Of a DNA stretch of 64,000 bases, positions 1-12,843 are shown piece by piece. The DNA is from Eledone cirrhosa (Eukaryota): positions 282,596,001-282,660,000 of the forward strand of contig OZ024742.1 of the NCBI GenBank assembly GCA_964016885.1, read 5' to 3'. Under the pieces are notes generated by a model. It did not search any database. It worked only from the letters and a program-made list of their open reading frames with translations, and was not told the DNA's origin. The stretch's first letter is position 1, and each line of letters opens with the position of its first letter. The position numbers were made by a program, and so were the translations under genes.

Positions 1-199
1 GCCTGCATGTGTGTATATACGCTTATGTGGACGCGTGAATGTTGTAGTGTGTCTGTCTCTGTGTGGTGTGTCTATATGTATGTATGCACACATGTATATC
101 TCTATGTGTGTCTGTATGTGTGTGTGTGTGTGTGAACATGCGTGTGAGTACATGTGAGTTAAAGTGTGTGTGTGTGTCTGTCTGTATGTTTGTTTGTGA

Positions 200-258
<59 letters not shown>

Positions 259-601
259 TGTGTGCATGTATGTGTGTGAAAGTGTGTGTGTGTCTGTCTG
301 TATGTTTGTTTGTAACAGTGTGTGTGTGTGTGTGTGTGTGTGTTATAATGAGCGTAGAAGCAACAGCAACAGCAACAACAACAACATAGCAATGTTTAAT
401 GACTGCAGGTTTGAAACAACGTAAATGACCGCCGGTCTTTGTGTTTGCTTTCAATAGGCTTCCCTTTTTTTTTTCATCGTTGAATTAAATTTGTCCACAT
501 ATGTTCGCTTTTGTATTGTATATTTCTGGTGGTGTTGTATACACCACTCTCATCTGCTCTCTCTTGATGTAGTATTCTTTCTCTCACCCCCACCCACCCC
601 G

Positions 602-635
<34 letters not shown>

Positions 636-888
636 CTATCTTTTTCTCACTCTGGCTCATACTGCGTGTGCATATTAAATGTATATACATATATACATTT
701 ATACATACATACATACATACATACATACATACATACATACATACATACATACATACATAAATATGCATATATATATATATGTATGTATATATATATATAT
801 ATACATTTATCTTTCTTTCTGTCGCTTTCTCAGCGAGGAAAATTAACACAAGAGAATAATAGGATTAACGCTTCTATATCGTAGGAGA

Positions 889-926
889 GTCTTAACGTTT
901 CGAACGATAGTCCTTCATCGGTAGAG
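889..926 (-). ncRNA. Hammerhead-like motif (variant core), probable PLE terminus
   Basis: Minus strand reads TCTA CCGATGA A GGAC TATC GTTC GAAAC GT T AAGA. Layout matches the PLE HHR at 25805, but U4 is C and stem I is weak. Confidence 0.45.
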
Positions 927-1379
927 AGAAGGAGAGAGAAAAGAAAGCATAGAAGAATAGACTTAGGTAAGAATAGGAAGAAACGGGAAAAGACTTTTAC
1001 AAACACAATGCCCCAAATGTCGGTGTGCGTGTGTGAGTATATATATATATATGTCTTACTCGCACATGTATTCACCCAGCTTATACTGACAGAATAACCA
1101 TGTTGCTTGTGTTTCTTTCTATCTTCGGTTAGCTTTCCCCTGTGTTGTTTACTTGTCTCACTCGCTTTACGCGTTTCAATTGTCCTAATAACTTATTTTA
1201 GTTATTCTCGCACCAATGTGAGGTATATGATTTTTAATGCGATGAAATACCAATGATCGTTGGCAAATCACTGATGAGGGACTCATTTTATAACATGTTA
1301 TCCATGTACAACCATGCAGTATTCTTCTCCCCATATTTTTCACATATATATATTTATATATATATATATATATATATGT

Positions 1380-1429
<50 letters not shown>

Positions 1430-1599
1430 TCTATTATCGATTTTTTATCGTATGGTTGATTTTAGACTTGTTCTATGTGTGACGGTATTTTAACGATAGT
1501 TATAGCTCTGATTCATCTGAATTATTGAGCACTCTGCCGCTCATTTCGAATATTGTTTATCGTGAACTCGTGCGCCGATTTTTCGATACTCGATCTTTC

Positions 1600-1649
<50 letters not shown>

Positions 1650-1671
1650 GGAAAATTTGAACAGGAACAAC

Positions 1672-1710
<39 letters not shown>

Positions 1711-1822
1711 TAAAAGGAATTTCAACTTTGCCTGATTTACTCGTTTTATTTACAATCCTTTAAAATTTATAATGGTATTAGAATGAAATAGTATGGTAGA
1801 ATATTAAATGTTAAGTGTTAAT

Positions 1823-1861
1823 TGAACAAGTACTTTCATGCTTTCGCAATCTTCAGGTTCA
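1823..1861 (-). ncRNA. Type I hammerhead ribozyme (inverted copy)
   Basis: Exact reverse complement of 1935-1973. Confidence 0.85.
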
Positions 1862-1934
1862 TAATGTGTGGTGACAGTCAAGTTTGAAATTTTCAACAGT
1901 TGAAAATTGCAAACTTGACTGTCACCACACATTA

Positions 1935-1973
1935 TGAACCTGAAGATTGCGAAAGCATGAAAGTACTTGTTCA
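1935..1973 (+). ncRNA. Type I hammerhead ribozyme (minimal)
   Basis: TGAAC CTGAAGA T TGC GAAA GCA T GAAA G TA C T T GTTCA: 5-bp stem I, core CUGAAGA/GAAA, palindromic stem III AGTACT, CUU site. Confidence 0.85.
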
Positions 1974-2290
1974 ATTAACACTTAACATTTAATATTCTAC
2001 CATACTATTTCATTCTAATACCATTATAAATTTTAAAGGATTGTAAATAAAACGAGTAAATCAGACAAAGTTGGAATTCCTTTTATTAATATAATCTTCT
2101 ATACACAATCATACACACCCGTGTATATTTATCTATCTATATTCTTACATATATATATATATTTATTTATTACTTCGTTTTTGAATTTGTTTTGCAAGAT
2201 TTCTTATCTGAAAACGTGTGTTGAAACAGATATTGTTATACTTTGGGAGGGTGCGTGTGTTTTTATTGGCAGCATGACCCTCCCAAAGTA

Positions 2291-2369
<79 letters not shown>

Positions 2370-2613
2370 CATATGTGTGTGTGTGTGTTTATATATACAT
2401 ATGTATATACTATTGGATGGATGTTAATTCTCATGATATACTCCGACGGTGCGTTATAGAAGAATGCCTGTAGTTTTAGGTGACGTAATAACCGTTCAAT
2501 CTTAGAAATTGAATTAAAGATTTGGAGACGGAGTTGGCCAAGGTGAGGGCAGGATGAAAAGACTGGACGAGAGAGAGAGAGAGAGAGAGAGAGAGTGCAA
2601 ATAAGTCTAACAA

Positions 2614-3510
2614 TCTATATATATAAAACTGTGGTTGTCTGTCTGTCTATCGATTTTTGGCACACATCTCCTCTTAGAATCTCTCACGGAATTGCACCGA
2701 AATTGCTATACTTGTACATTGAGCCCTAGCGAAGACATCGGAAAAAAAAATTTCAAATTGACCCACCCTATGTGACGAAATCGAATATAATGTATCGATT
2801 TTTGAGCGTAAGTTATCAGTTATTTCCCTTTGTTCTGTTTACATTGAGCGTCTTACGTAAAAAATTACGCTGGCTTTAACAGTTGTCGAGCCAGCAAAAT
2901 ATTGACCTGCAAAATTCATCAGTTCGAACACTAAACTTCCGTTTTGCTTCATTTCCATTTAAAAGCATTTTAAAACAATATTTTTACTTGAAAACAAGTC
3001 TATTTAAAGACTACGTAAAACAAGCAAATATTTTGTCGTTAGGCGTGCAGACAGACAGTCGTGCAGACAGACAGTCGTGCAGAGACGTGATATAGGCGTG
3101 CAGACAGACAGCCGTGCAGACAGACAGTCGTGCAGAGAGGTGATATAGGCGTGCAGACAGACAGTCGTGCAGAGAGGTGATATAGGCGTGCAGACAGACA
3201 TAACTGATAATTTGGTTACGCTAATGTTTTTCTCTGCGTTGCAGTGTTTACATTTTCGATCTTTGTTAATAAATAACCAGTGCAGTTTCTATCCCCAGCA
3301 TCCTCTTTTGTTATAACATTCGGGTTATCGTTATGTTTTCTTAACTTCATAAGGCATATTGTTGGTTGAGGGAATATTAATCAAAAACACCACACCACAT
3401 GCAAGTCTGCACAGTAGACACTACAGTTTTTAAGCCAAGAAAGAAACTTAACATTGTAACTTTAACACAGCTACTGAGCGACCCCGAGCAACGCCGGGCT
3501 TTACTGCTAG
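2614..3510 (+). mobile_element. Non-autonomous Helitron
   Basis: 5' A|TCTATATATATAAAA, 3' hairpin CCCGAGCAACGCCGGG followed by CTAG|T. Internal minisatellite at about 3042-3200. Confidence 0.8.
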
Positions 3511-3859
3511 TGTGTGATAAAGATGGTTAGTTAGACTTATGGATATGTAGTACTGTATTTCTACTTCGATCTTGGACTTGTAAAATACTTCAGGATAGGT
3601 TTTAGATAATGGGGCCCAGAATGGAGAAGCAGTACTGTCGGTATAGGTCGAAACCATGTGAGTCCATTTCGACAGCTGATGACCACGGTGTTTCTATTCT
3701 TGTAACCATTTTGTGTTGTGTATATACAATCTCGTTCCATATTCGTCCATATATATATATATATATATATAAACTATAATAAAGGGAGAGCGCGGAATTG
3801 CGTACGGTTTATAATTTTTTATCCCATTAGTAAAATAAGTTGGATTACTTTGAATAAAT

Positions 3860-4042
3860 AATTGTTTCTACTTTTGGCACAAGGCCATCAAATACCCAGT
3901 ACATTACTGGTACTTTATTTTATCGACCCCGTAAGGATGAAAAGCAAAGTTAACCTCGGCGGGATTTGAACTCAGAATGGCAAGAGCCGTAACTCTATGC
4001 GTCAAAGCATGGCGTCCGACCCTCTACCGATACTGCCAATTT
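3860..4042 (-). mobile_element. tRNA-derived SINE (family A)
   Basis: Pol III A box (TGGCAGTATCGG) and B box (GAGTTCAAATCC), conserved CTTTCATCC..GGGGTCGATAAAATAAAGTACCAG body, 15-bp TSD CTTTGAATAAATAAT (3848-3862 / 4043-4057). Confidence 0.9.
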
Positions 4043-4078
4043 CTTTGAATAAATAATGAATGAATATTACATAATTTA

Positions 4079-4441
4079 TCTACTAAATTTCGTGGCTGTT
4101 CATTAAATATATTTTATTATTTATTTAAAGATTCACTTCTTTAAAATTTTCAAATGTCAACACTTCCGGTGGCGATCGCTTAAATAAACATATTAATTTC
4201 CTGTCACTTATTTTCTCCTAATGCAGTTTTTATATAATATCGTCTTTTGTTAATGTATCATGGATTACGTTACTGATTACATAAGACAGTGTAACACAGT
4301 CTTCGTTTAATTTCTGTGTATATTGTCAATTACGATTTTATTTAATGTATCATATCTACATGTATATATACTTGCGTATAATATCAATATACACACTACA
4401 CATGCTAGCAGAAAAGCACCCAAAGAGTGATTTTCTGCTAG
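4079..4441 (+). mobile_element. Short non-autonomous Helitron
   Basis: Starts A|TCTACTAAA and ends with a hairpin and CTAG|T. Shares AAAATTTTCAAATGTCAACACTTCCGGT with the Helitron at 34 kb. Confidence 0.55.
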
Positions 4442-4454
4442 TATATATAATAAA

Positions 4455-4830
4455 TAGAGAATATGAAGGCTGTGTAGTTGGTAGTTAAGGTAGGCTTAAA
4501 ATCAAGAAGAAAGCAAGAACGACGGGGGGGGGGGAGTTTTCCTCAACATTTGTTTACTGGGGGTCTTGGATATTTCAACTCTTTAAAGAGAATATATCTA
4601 CCCCCAGCCCGTTCAATAACTAGGTAAGTTATTGGGAAAACGGAGGACAGAGGGAAGGAAAATAGAAAGGAAAAGGGAAAAAAGGGAAGAAAAGAGAAAA
4701 ACACCGAAAAAACAACAAACCTGAGAATGTGCGACCAACTTCAAGAAAGAAATTCCAAGTTCACAATGGTGCTGAACGTAAGTTCTAAAGTGTGTGATCT
4801 CAGCGAGTGCAAGTGAGAAAAGGACTGTTA
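4455..4830 (-). repeat. Dispersed structured repeat ending at TA tracts (homologous to 31580-31980, 6855-6980 and 1180-1345)
   Basis: Shared AATAACTTA..AGTTATT hairpin, CTGGGG..CCCCAG stem and CAACTACACAGCC 3' end. Confidence 0.65.
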
Positions 4831-4866
4831 GAGGTTCAAGCGAGGGAAACAATGAGGTGGCTTGCA

Positions 4867-5030
4867 GAGGTTCACAGTTCCTTCTCGTTCTCTCCCACGA
4901 CTCCTCCCGGCTCTCATCCTTCTTCCCGTTCCCGCTGCAACACTTGTCCCTTCATTTCCACCCTCACCACTCTTACAGACCCTAACAGGTCTTTCTGTAT
5001 CCGCCACTCGTTCACCTGCACATCCACCCA
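4867..5030 (+). pseudogene. PLE fragment: RT/GIY-YIG Cys-linker
   Basis: Translates as VHSS..PGSHPSSRSRCNTCPFI..IRHSFTCTS, colinear with VHSS..GSFP*SRPRCNTCPHI..VRHAFRCTS of the element at 24 kb. Confidence 0.75.
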
Positions 5031-5086
5031 CGCGTGTACACACACATACAGTATAGCATAGCTCAGTAGGTAGAGAATCAGACTTT

Positions 5087-5147
<61 letters not shown>

Positions 5148-5208
5148 GCATCTATATATGTATATATAATTTACACGCATATATATATATATTTATATAT
5201 ATACAAGC

Positions 5209-5297
<89 letters not shown>

Positions 5298-5317
5298 TGT
5301 ATATATATATATATATA

Positions 5318-5800
5318 AAACAGCTCGAATTAAGCCGTACAATGTTCGGCAACCATCGTTGCCCTTTTGTTCAACACTGACAAAGGAACGATGAACTAGT
5401 TTCTAGCTTGTTAGCTGTCATCAGCACCGTATACCTTCCTGTCAATCGATTGAACGTTTGAAAGTATATACTTTCCTTATGCATATTAACGGCTGAGCAG
5501 CCTAATTTGCATATCGAGTGAGTTAATCGGCCGGGCGCACCCAAAACGATAAATGGAAAAAATGAAATTTCATTTCTCACTCTTAATACGGCTGATACTT
5601 GAATATAAGTATGTATACGTACATACATATATGTATACAGACGTACAGTAGTATGTATATACATACATACATGCACATATATATATATATGTACGTATGG
5701 ATTCACCGAACATTTATTATAATGTTCGGTTTCTTTCGGGCTGTTTGTTTACAAACAGCCCGAACATTATAATAAATGTTCGGTAAACCCATACGTACAT
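5318..5800 (-). mobile_element. HHR element, same family as 39628-40690, with a terminal fold-back at about 5690-5800
   Basis: Colinear with the roughly 430-bp unit at 39.6-40.7 kb. Left end abuts a TA tract. Confidence 0.8.
5388..5430 (-). ncRNA. Type I hammerhead ribozyme
   Basis: ACGGTG CTGATGA C AGCT AACA AGCT A GAAA C TA G T T CATCGT. Differences from the 40425 copy keep the stems paired. Confidence 0.85.
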
Positions 5801-5804
5801 TATG

Positions 5805-5947
5805 CCAGTGCATTACTGGTACTTTATTTCATCGACCCCGTAAGGATGAAAGGCAAAGTTAACCTCGGCAGGATTTGAACTCAGACCATAAAGGGCCGTA
5901 ACTCTTTGCTGCAAAGCATGGCATCCGACCCTCTACCGATACTGCTA
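5805..5947 (-). mobile_element. tRNA-derived SINE (family A), 3'-truncated
   Basis: Matches family A head and body. Confidence 0.85.
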
Positions 5948-6333
5948 TCACTCCTTCAAAATGGCTACCGATACTGCCAAAATGTGGGACACATACACTG
6001 CTCTACGGCAGCTACAACTTCGATTCATATATATATATATATATATATATATGCGGCTACAACTTCGATTTATATATATATATATACGCACATACATATG
6101 TTGCAGTAATTATAGCATTCGATAACTGCATAACTGCATATAGAGAGGTAGAGAAGTATATATATATATATATATACATATGTGTATGTGTGTGTGTGCG
6201 TGCGTATGTTAAATATATATGCATATGTACGTACTTTTTTCGCACATATATACGCATATGTATACGTGCATATATACATTCACACACATTTATATATATA
6301 TACATACGTACATAAATAAATATACACACACAC

Positions 6334-6380
<47 letters not shown>

Positions 6381-6712
6381 GACACAAATGGAGTAGTGGG
6401 AGTTATCATTGTTAAGGACCATATCAAAGGGTTTTGTCTCTTTCCATTCAACATGATATATTTAATTTAAGCAGAGAAATATTTCAATTATGATAGTCAT
6501 TTCGTACCAGGTTTTCAGCTATCCCAGAATTCCTCGGTTATGTTGGGTTTGGTAGGTTGGGGGTGAATTGTTTCAGTTCTTGTTTTGTGTTGTTTTCGGG
6601 CTCATTGCTGTCTCTCCCACTTCACTCCCTTACACCTCCATTTACTCCACATCCTTAATCCTCTTCTCTTCTTTCTCTCCACTGAGTGTCGCTTTTCTTC
6701 TGTACCCCACCC

Positions 6713-6772
<60 letters not shown>

Positions 6773-6812
6773 ATATTATATATATATTAATATATATATA
6801 TATATATATTAA

Positions 6813-6856
<44 letters not shown>

Positions 6857-6973
6857 GTGTAGAAGTATCCATGATCCCCAGTAGACATCTGATGTAGGAA
6901 AATTTTCTCCCGTTCGTGACTTCCTCTTATTTATAAGAACACATTATCCAGCAACTACACAACCCTGTTTCTT

Positions 6974-7016
<43 letters not shown>

Positions 7017-7047
7017 TACATATATACATATATATATATATAAATAT

Positions 7048-7079
<32 letters not shown>

Positions 7080-7239
7080 TTGGATTTAATGCTCTGAAAT
7101 AGCGATATATATGTGAAGACAAACATAGAATATTCGAAAATATTCTGTATGTTTATAATAAACATTTTGAAGACCCAATCGCTATAGAATAGAATACGTC
7201 ACGTATTACAATTTGAGATTCTCGATAAAAGCAAGGGAA

Positions 7240-7282
7240 GTAACCTACGCGTTTCATTCTTATTAGAAATCATCAGGATTAC
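7240..7282 (-). ncRNA. Type I hammerhead ribozyme
   Basis: Reverse complement of 7736-7778. Confidence 0.9.
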
Positions 7283-7551
7283 ATATCCAATGCTTTTATC
7301 GAGAACGACACAGCTAGAGACTTATAGAATACTTAGCTGTGTACAGGAACTGGTTTGAAAGAGCGGTAGCCGGTCCGGCAGAAATTAGAATTTGGATTTA
7401 ATGCTCTGAAATAGCGATATATATGTGAAGACAAACATAGAATATTCGAAAATATTCTGTATGTTTATAATAAACATTTTGAAGACCCAATCGCTATAGA
7501 ATAGAATACGTCACGTATTACAATTTGAGATTCTCGATAAAAGCAAGGGAA

Positions 7552-7594
7552 GTAACCTACGCGTTTCATTCTTATTAGAAATCATCAGGATTAC
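7552..7594 (-). ncRNA. Type I hammerhead ribozyme
   Basis: Reverse complement of 7736-7778. Confidence 0.9.
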
Positions 7595-7735
7595 ATATTC
7601 AATGATTTTATCGAGAACGACACAGCTAGAGACTTATAGAATACTTAGCTGTGTACAGGGACTGGTTTGAAAGAGACACAGCTAAGTATTCTATAAGTCT
7701 CTAGCTGTGTCGTTCTCGATAAAAGCATTGGATAT

Positions 7736-7778
7736 GTAATCCTGATGATTTCTAATAAGAATGAAACGCGTAGGTTAC
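7736..7778 (+). ncRNA. Type I hammerhead ribozyme (minimal, dimer-type)
   Basis: GTAATC CTGATGA T TTCT AATA AGAA T GAAA C GC G T A GGTTAC: 6-bp stem I, palindromic stem III ACGCGT, GUA site. Confidence 0.9.
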
Positions 7779-8047
7779 TTCCCTTGCTTTTATCGAGAAT
7801 CTCAAATTGTAATACGTGACGTATTCTATTCTATAGCGATTGGGTCTTCAAAATGTTTATTATAAACATACAGAATATTTTCGAATATTCTATGTTTGTC
7901 TTCACATATATATCGCTATTTCAGAGCATTAAATCCAAATTCTAATTTCTGCCGGACCGGCTACCGCTCTTTCAAACCAGTTCCTGTACACAGCTAAGTA
8001 TTCTATAAGTCTCTAGCTGTGTCGTTCTCGATGAAAGCATTGGATAT

Positions 8048-8090
8048 GTAATCCTGATGATTTCTAATAAGAATGAAACGCGTAGGTTAC
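8048..8090 (+). ncRNA. Type I hammerhead ribozyme
   Basis: Identical to 7736-7778, 312 bp downstream. Confidence 0.9.
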
Positions 8091-8211
8091 TTCCCTTGCT
8101 TTTATCGAGAATCTCAAATTGTAATACGTGACGTATTCTATTCTATAGCGATTGGGTCTTCAAAATGTTTATTATAAACATACAGAATATTTTCGAATAT
8201 TCTATGTTTGT

Positions 8212-8278
<67 letters not shown>

Positions 8279-8406
8279 CATATATATATATAAATATACA
8301 CACACACACATATATATATATATATTTCTCCCTCTCTTTAACTCTCACTCTCACACTCTCTCATTATTTCTGTTTATCCATCTCTCTATCTCTTTCTCAC
8401 AGACAT

Positions 8407-8485
<79 letters not shown>

Positions 8486-9199
8486 CTCTCTCTTCCACTC
8501 TCTCCTCATCCATCTTTCATTTCTCTTCCTCATTCCTTTTCACACTAATCCTGTCATCTCATCCTCCACCTTCGCACCCTCTTCCTTTCTTTTTCATCCT
8601 CTCTTCCACCGTCTTTCAATTCTTATCTCTTTTATCTCTCTCCCTCAACCTATCTATCTGTTTGTGAGGAACTGGTGCCAGCATACTTGATGAATTAAAA
8701 TCTCTTTATTATTGATAGGGAGAATTACTTTAAAGCCCAAACAAATAACGTATAAATAACATAAAATAAAATCGAACATTAAAGACTTCTCTCCAACCCA
8801 AGTCCTGGCTTGCGGTAGAGGTGAATGGAGGGAGGTGATGCATTTCTCTACACAGCAGCACCCTCATGACCCTGAATAGTCAAGAGGAAATTAAATAAAG
8901 GGAAAATTAAATTAGAAGGAGGTTGGTGGGAAGGGTGGTAGACAACTCCGAAATTTCTATCAATTAAATTTATGAAGTAGGAAATGAGGGGAAGGGGCCG
9001 AAGCAGATATTCAGCAGCAAGACGACAACTAAGAACATGTTCCAATCTAATAAGACCTCCTAAGCGAAGCATAATATAACCGTTACATCAAGAATAATAA
9101 TAACGAAAATTACACCAATGACATATACACATACACAAAAGACCCAAATACCCACTGTGGCTGCCTCCGTCGCTCCTGCTCTCTCCATTTCTCACTATT

Positions 9200-9625
9200 A
9201 TGAGAAAATGAGAGCCCGCGCGCTGGACGAGCCATTCCACCTCACGATGCTCACAACAGCAGGTAGCCAACTCTGTGCCGATGTTTGTTAGCTAGGAGGT
9301 GGGCCTAGGGCCAAGGACACCAGAAATCTCCACTGCCACTGGTTCGACTGCAAACCTACCGGAGAGCGACCGATATTTGGAGAGTTTACTCTCCTCGGTC
9401 CGAAGTGCAGCAGAGCCTGGCTTAGTAACAGACTGCACCAGGTGGCCGCTGGAGAATGTGTCGCTGCATTGTGGTATCCCAAATCAGGGGTTTACCTCCG
9501 TGGAACGGGAAGACAGTCGTTCCATCTGGCCTTTTGTCGTTCCCTCGGTCCAGCCCCACCGACTCGAGTTGGGAGGGGAAGCCTGCATCATCCGAGCCAT
9601 GCTTTATGACCATCGTTACATTGAT
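9200..9625 (-). pseudogene. Non-LTR retrotransposon remnant, restriction-like endonuclease C-terminus (CRE-like)
   Basis: Peptides GLDRGNDKRPDGTTVFPFHGGKPLIWDTT, then KYRSL..PVAVEISG and HREVEWLVQR, broken by stops and frameshifts. Confidence 0.75.
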
Positions 9626-9712
9626 AACTAATATATATGATTTCTTTATTTGAACACCAGGTGAATTAGATAATTATTGTTCTCATAACTAAAAATGTCA
9701 ATTTAATTAATT

Positions 9713-9900
9713 AATTGTTTCTACTTTTGGCACAAGGCCAGCAATTATACAGTGTATTACTGGTACTTTATTTTATCGACCCCGTAAGGATGAAAGGCAA
9801 AGTTAACCTCTGCGGGATTTGAACTCAGAATGGCAAGGGCCGCAACTCTATGCGTCAAAGCGTGGCGTCCGACCCTCTACCGATACTGCCAATCCACCAC
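9713..9900 (-). mobile_element. tRNA-derived SINE (family A)
   Basis: Full-length match to family A. Confidence 0.9.
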
Positions 9901-9909
9901 CTAATATTA

Positions 9910-10095
9910 GGTGGATTGGCAGTATCGGTCGAGGGTCGGACGCTATGCTTTGCTGCATAGTTACGTCCTTTTACGGACTGAGTTCAAACCCCGCCGAGGT
10001 TAACTTTGCCTTTCATCCTTACGAGGTCAATAAAATAAAGTACCAGTAATGCGCTGGGTAATTGCTGGCCTTGTGCCAAAAGTAGAAACAATTAA
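9910..10095 (+). mobile_element. tRNA-derived SINE (family A), head-to-head with the previous copy
   Basis: Full-length match to family A. Confidence 0.9.
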
Positions 10096-10304
10096 TTAAA
10101 AGCGATCTGCAGTGGCGAGTGGAAGAGATATTTAAGAGTAGAGTGTGACGTCATGTAATATTATGTAGAGCTTATATGAAGTAATATATTAGATTTCTGT
10201 GAACACAACGTTGTATTACATCTATTAGAAGATGACTTGAACAAATACGGTGGGTGAGTGTTGTATGGAAACGCAATAGAAATGTGGATATCTGATGTAA
10301 TGAA

Positions 10305-10466
10305 TGGGGGGGGGATGAGGAGGAGGAGAATGAGAAGGAGGAGGAGGAGGAGGAGGAGGAGGAGGAGGAGGAGGAGGAGGAGGAGGAGGAGGAAAGATGA
10401 GGAGGATGAACGAGAAGGAGAGGAAAAAGAAGAGGAGGATGGTGATGATGATGGTGCTGATAGTGG

Positions 10467-10500
<34 letters not shown>

Positions 10501-10762
10501 GGTGGTGGTGGTGGTGGTGGTGATGATGGTAGTGGTGGTGGTGGTGGTGGTGGTGATGCTGGTGGCGGTGGCTGTAGCGTTGATGATGATGATGATGATG
10601 ATGATGACGATGGTGATGATGGTGATGATGATGATGATGATGATGATGGTGGTAATGGTGGTGATGATGGTGGCGGTTGTGATGATGGTGATGATGATGA
10701 TAATAATGATGATGATGATGATGACGCTGGTGGTGGCGTTGGCTGTAGTGTTGATGATGATG
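10305..10762. repeat. Compound trinucleotide microsatellite (GAG/GAT/GGT)n
   Basis: Read directly. Explains the poly-R, poly-D, poly-G and poly-H ORFs. Confidence 0.95.
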
Positions 10763-11041
10763 CAACCAATTAAGTTATTCAAATGTGCACCTATTTACCT
10801 CATCTTATTTAAATTGAAGAGATAAAATATTAGAATAGACAGGAGAAAAGATCACTTATGAAATAGATGAAAATATTCATTTATATATTTATTCATACAT
10901 ATGCATATATATACATAAATGTGCATATCTTTGTGTGCGTGAAAAAAAGTGTTTGGTGTATATGTGTGTGTTTCTGTTAACATATATATGTATGTATGCA
11001 CACACATACGAACATATACGTATATGTATGTATCTATTGTG

Positions 11042-11077
<36 letters not shown>

Positions 11078-11090
11078 TGTATATATTGTG

Positions 11091-11136
<46 letters not shown>

Positions 11137-11145
11137 TGTATATAT

Positions 11146-11179
<34 letters not shown>

Positions 11180-11183
<4 letters not shown>

Positions 11184-11373
11184 AACGAGTAGGACCCCGA
11201 CGGCTGAGCTCAAGCCGTTTCGACGGCTAATTCTGTCCAGAATTAGCCGTCGAAACGGCTTGAGCTCACCCGTCGGGGTCCTACTCGCTCCTATTACCCA
11301 CTCTACTACCCTAAGTATTGAGTACTTTGGTGCGTTATGGTCCATCTGGTTCCTTACCACATTTCCTTCGTTA
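11180..11373 (+). mobile_element. Short fold-back element with an HHR 3' half and a TTGAGTACT tail (family B, copy 1)
   Basis: About 55-bp inverted arms plus an 80-bp tail, in (TA)n. Contains GAAACGGCT TGAGCTC AGCCGTC. Other copies at 20630 and 50678. Confidence 0.8.
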
Positions 11374-11599
11374 TATATATATATATATATATGCATGTAT
11401 ATATTGTGTATGTGTATATATATGCATGTATATATATTATGTTTTGTGTGTGTGTATGTGTGTGTATGTGATGTATTGCATATATATATATATGTATGTA
11501 TTGTGTTTTGTATATATATATATATATATATATATATGCATCATATATCATATATCATATATCTTCTTTCCTATCAAGTTTCCTTTTATAATTCATCAC

Positions 11600-12110
11600 T
11601 TAATTCCGACGGTGAGCATTCACTTCTTCGATAAACTGAACACGTTACTTGTTAAAATAGCTTGTAAGTCGCTGAGTATCCCACAGACACGTGTACACTT
11701 AATATGATTTTTAGGCCAAACCAATGTGACACATGTGACAATGCTGATTTTTTTAAATTACAGGTACAATCCATTTATTGCGTTTCCACACAGGTTACGT
11801 GCACCCAGTTTCTGTCACAAGGTTTTGTATCAACCCAAGGTCATAGTAAAATAGGCTTTCCCAAGAGGCCATGTCGTAAGAATCGAACCCGAACCTTCAC
11901 AATTGCGAAGCTAACTTCTTAACCACACAGCTATGCCATGCCTGCCTCCACATTCATTACGTATTCATACTAATATTATCTGTTAATTACTAAATATTTA
12001 TTTTATATATAAATAAATGAATACTGTTTATTTATATTCAAGAATCGTACCCGGAATCCCATGATTGCGAAGCGAACTTCTTAACCACGCAGCTATGCCA
12101 TAACTGCCTG
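11600..12110 (-). mobile_element. Older tRNA-derived SINE copies (second family)
   Basis: Reverse complement GGCATAGCTGTGTGGTTAAGAAGTT..GGGTTCGATTC occurs twice. Similar copies at about 15300-15620 and 58290-58400. Confidence 0.6.
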
Positions 12111-12843
12111 CACACTCATTACTTATTAATACAAATCTTATTTGCTTTCACTTATCTGTTAATTACTAGATATTAATTTAATAATTACTAAAAGTCTGCC
12201 GTTTAATTATCTGTCCAAAAGACAGACACAAGACTTCATTTCAAGAAAATTTGTCGCTGATAAGTAAAACATGTTAAACAGTTGAGTCTAAATGTTGGCA
12301 GAACGTTAAAAAATAATGAGAAACTGGTGTCACTCTATTAATTATATCCAAATAATTACTTATTGCATTCACTTTGGTTATTATAGCAATATGAAAGGCG
12401 GTGGATTGACAGAATCTTTAGAGCGTTGGTCAAAATGCTTTGCGGCATTTAGTTATGGTCCATTACACTCTGACTTCAAATCCCGTCGAGGTCAACTCTG
12501 CCTTTAATTTTTTCAAATACTAAGATCGATGAAATCGATTTATCAGTGCTGGCCTTAGCTTTAAATTATAAAACGTTATTTTTGTAATGTGAAGGCGCGT
12601 AGCTTAGTGATTAGGGCGTTAGGCTCACGATCATAAGGTTGTGAGTTCAATTCCCAGATGCGTTGTGTTTTTATGAAATGGTTTCGCACTGGTGTGCTGC
12701 AAGGGGCATCCTGATATATTGCGGGTGATTTAGATATTAATTTACGGCTTAAAATATGTATATTAATGCCCAGTATATCTCAGTTTCTTACGGCATAATT
12801 TGAATATCTAATTTAAATTAACTATCAGCATAAGCAGTAATAT

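Larger units (their letters stand above)
1703..2122 (+). mobile_element. Fold-back HHR element: about 195-bp arms centred at 1898 plus an unpaired tail of about 30 bp, between TA tracts
   Basis: 1703-1897 is the near-perfect reverse complement of 1899-2093, and each arm carries an HHR. Confidence 0.85.
7078..8213. mobile_element. Retrozyme-like array: 312-bp unit, about two copies on minus (7078-7675) then about 1.7 copies on plus (7676-8213), one HHR per unit
   Basis: Near-identical units with 312-bp period, inversion junction at 7675/7676, flanked by TA tracts, no coding capacity. Confidence 0.9.

Noticed and set aside
3645-3692. Type II hammerhead (GAAA before CTGATGA)
   Set aside because: Stems I and II could not be formed. 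Kept only as a loose match to the unassigned structure.
3860-4042. tRNA gene (also at the other A/B-box sites)
   Set aside because: The boxes belong to multi-copy SINE heads with body, tail and TSDs, and no full cloverleaf forms.
10161-10825. Poly-His, poly-Gly and poly-Asp ORFs
   Set aside because: Trinucleotide repeats that are open in most frames.
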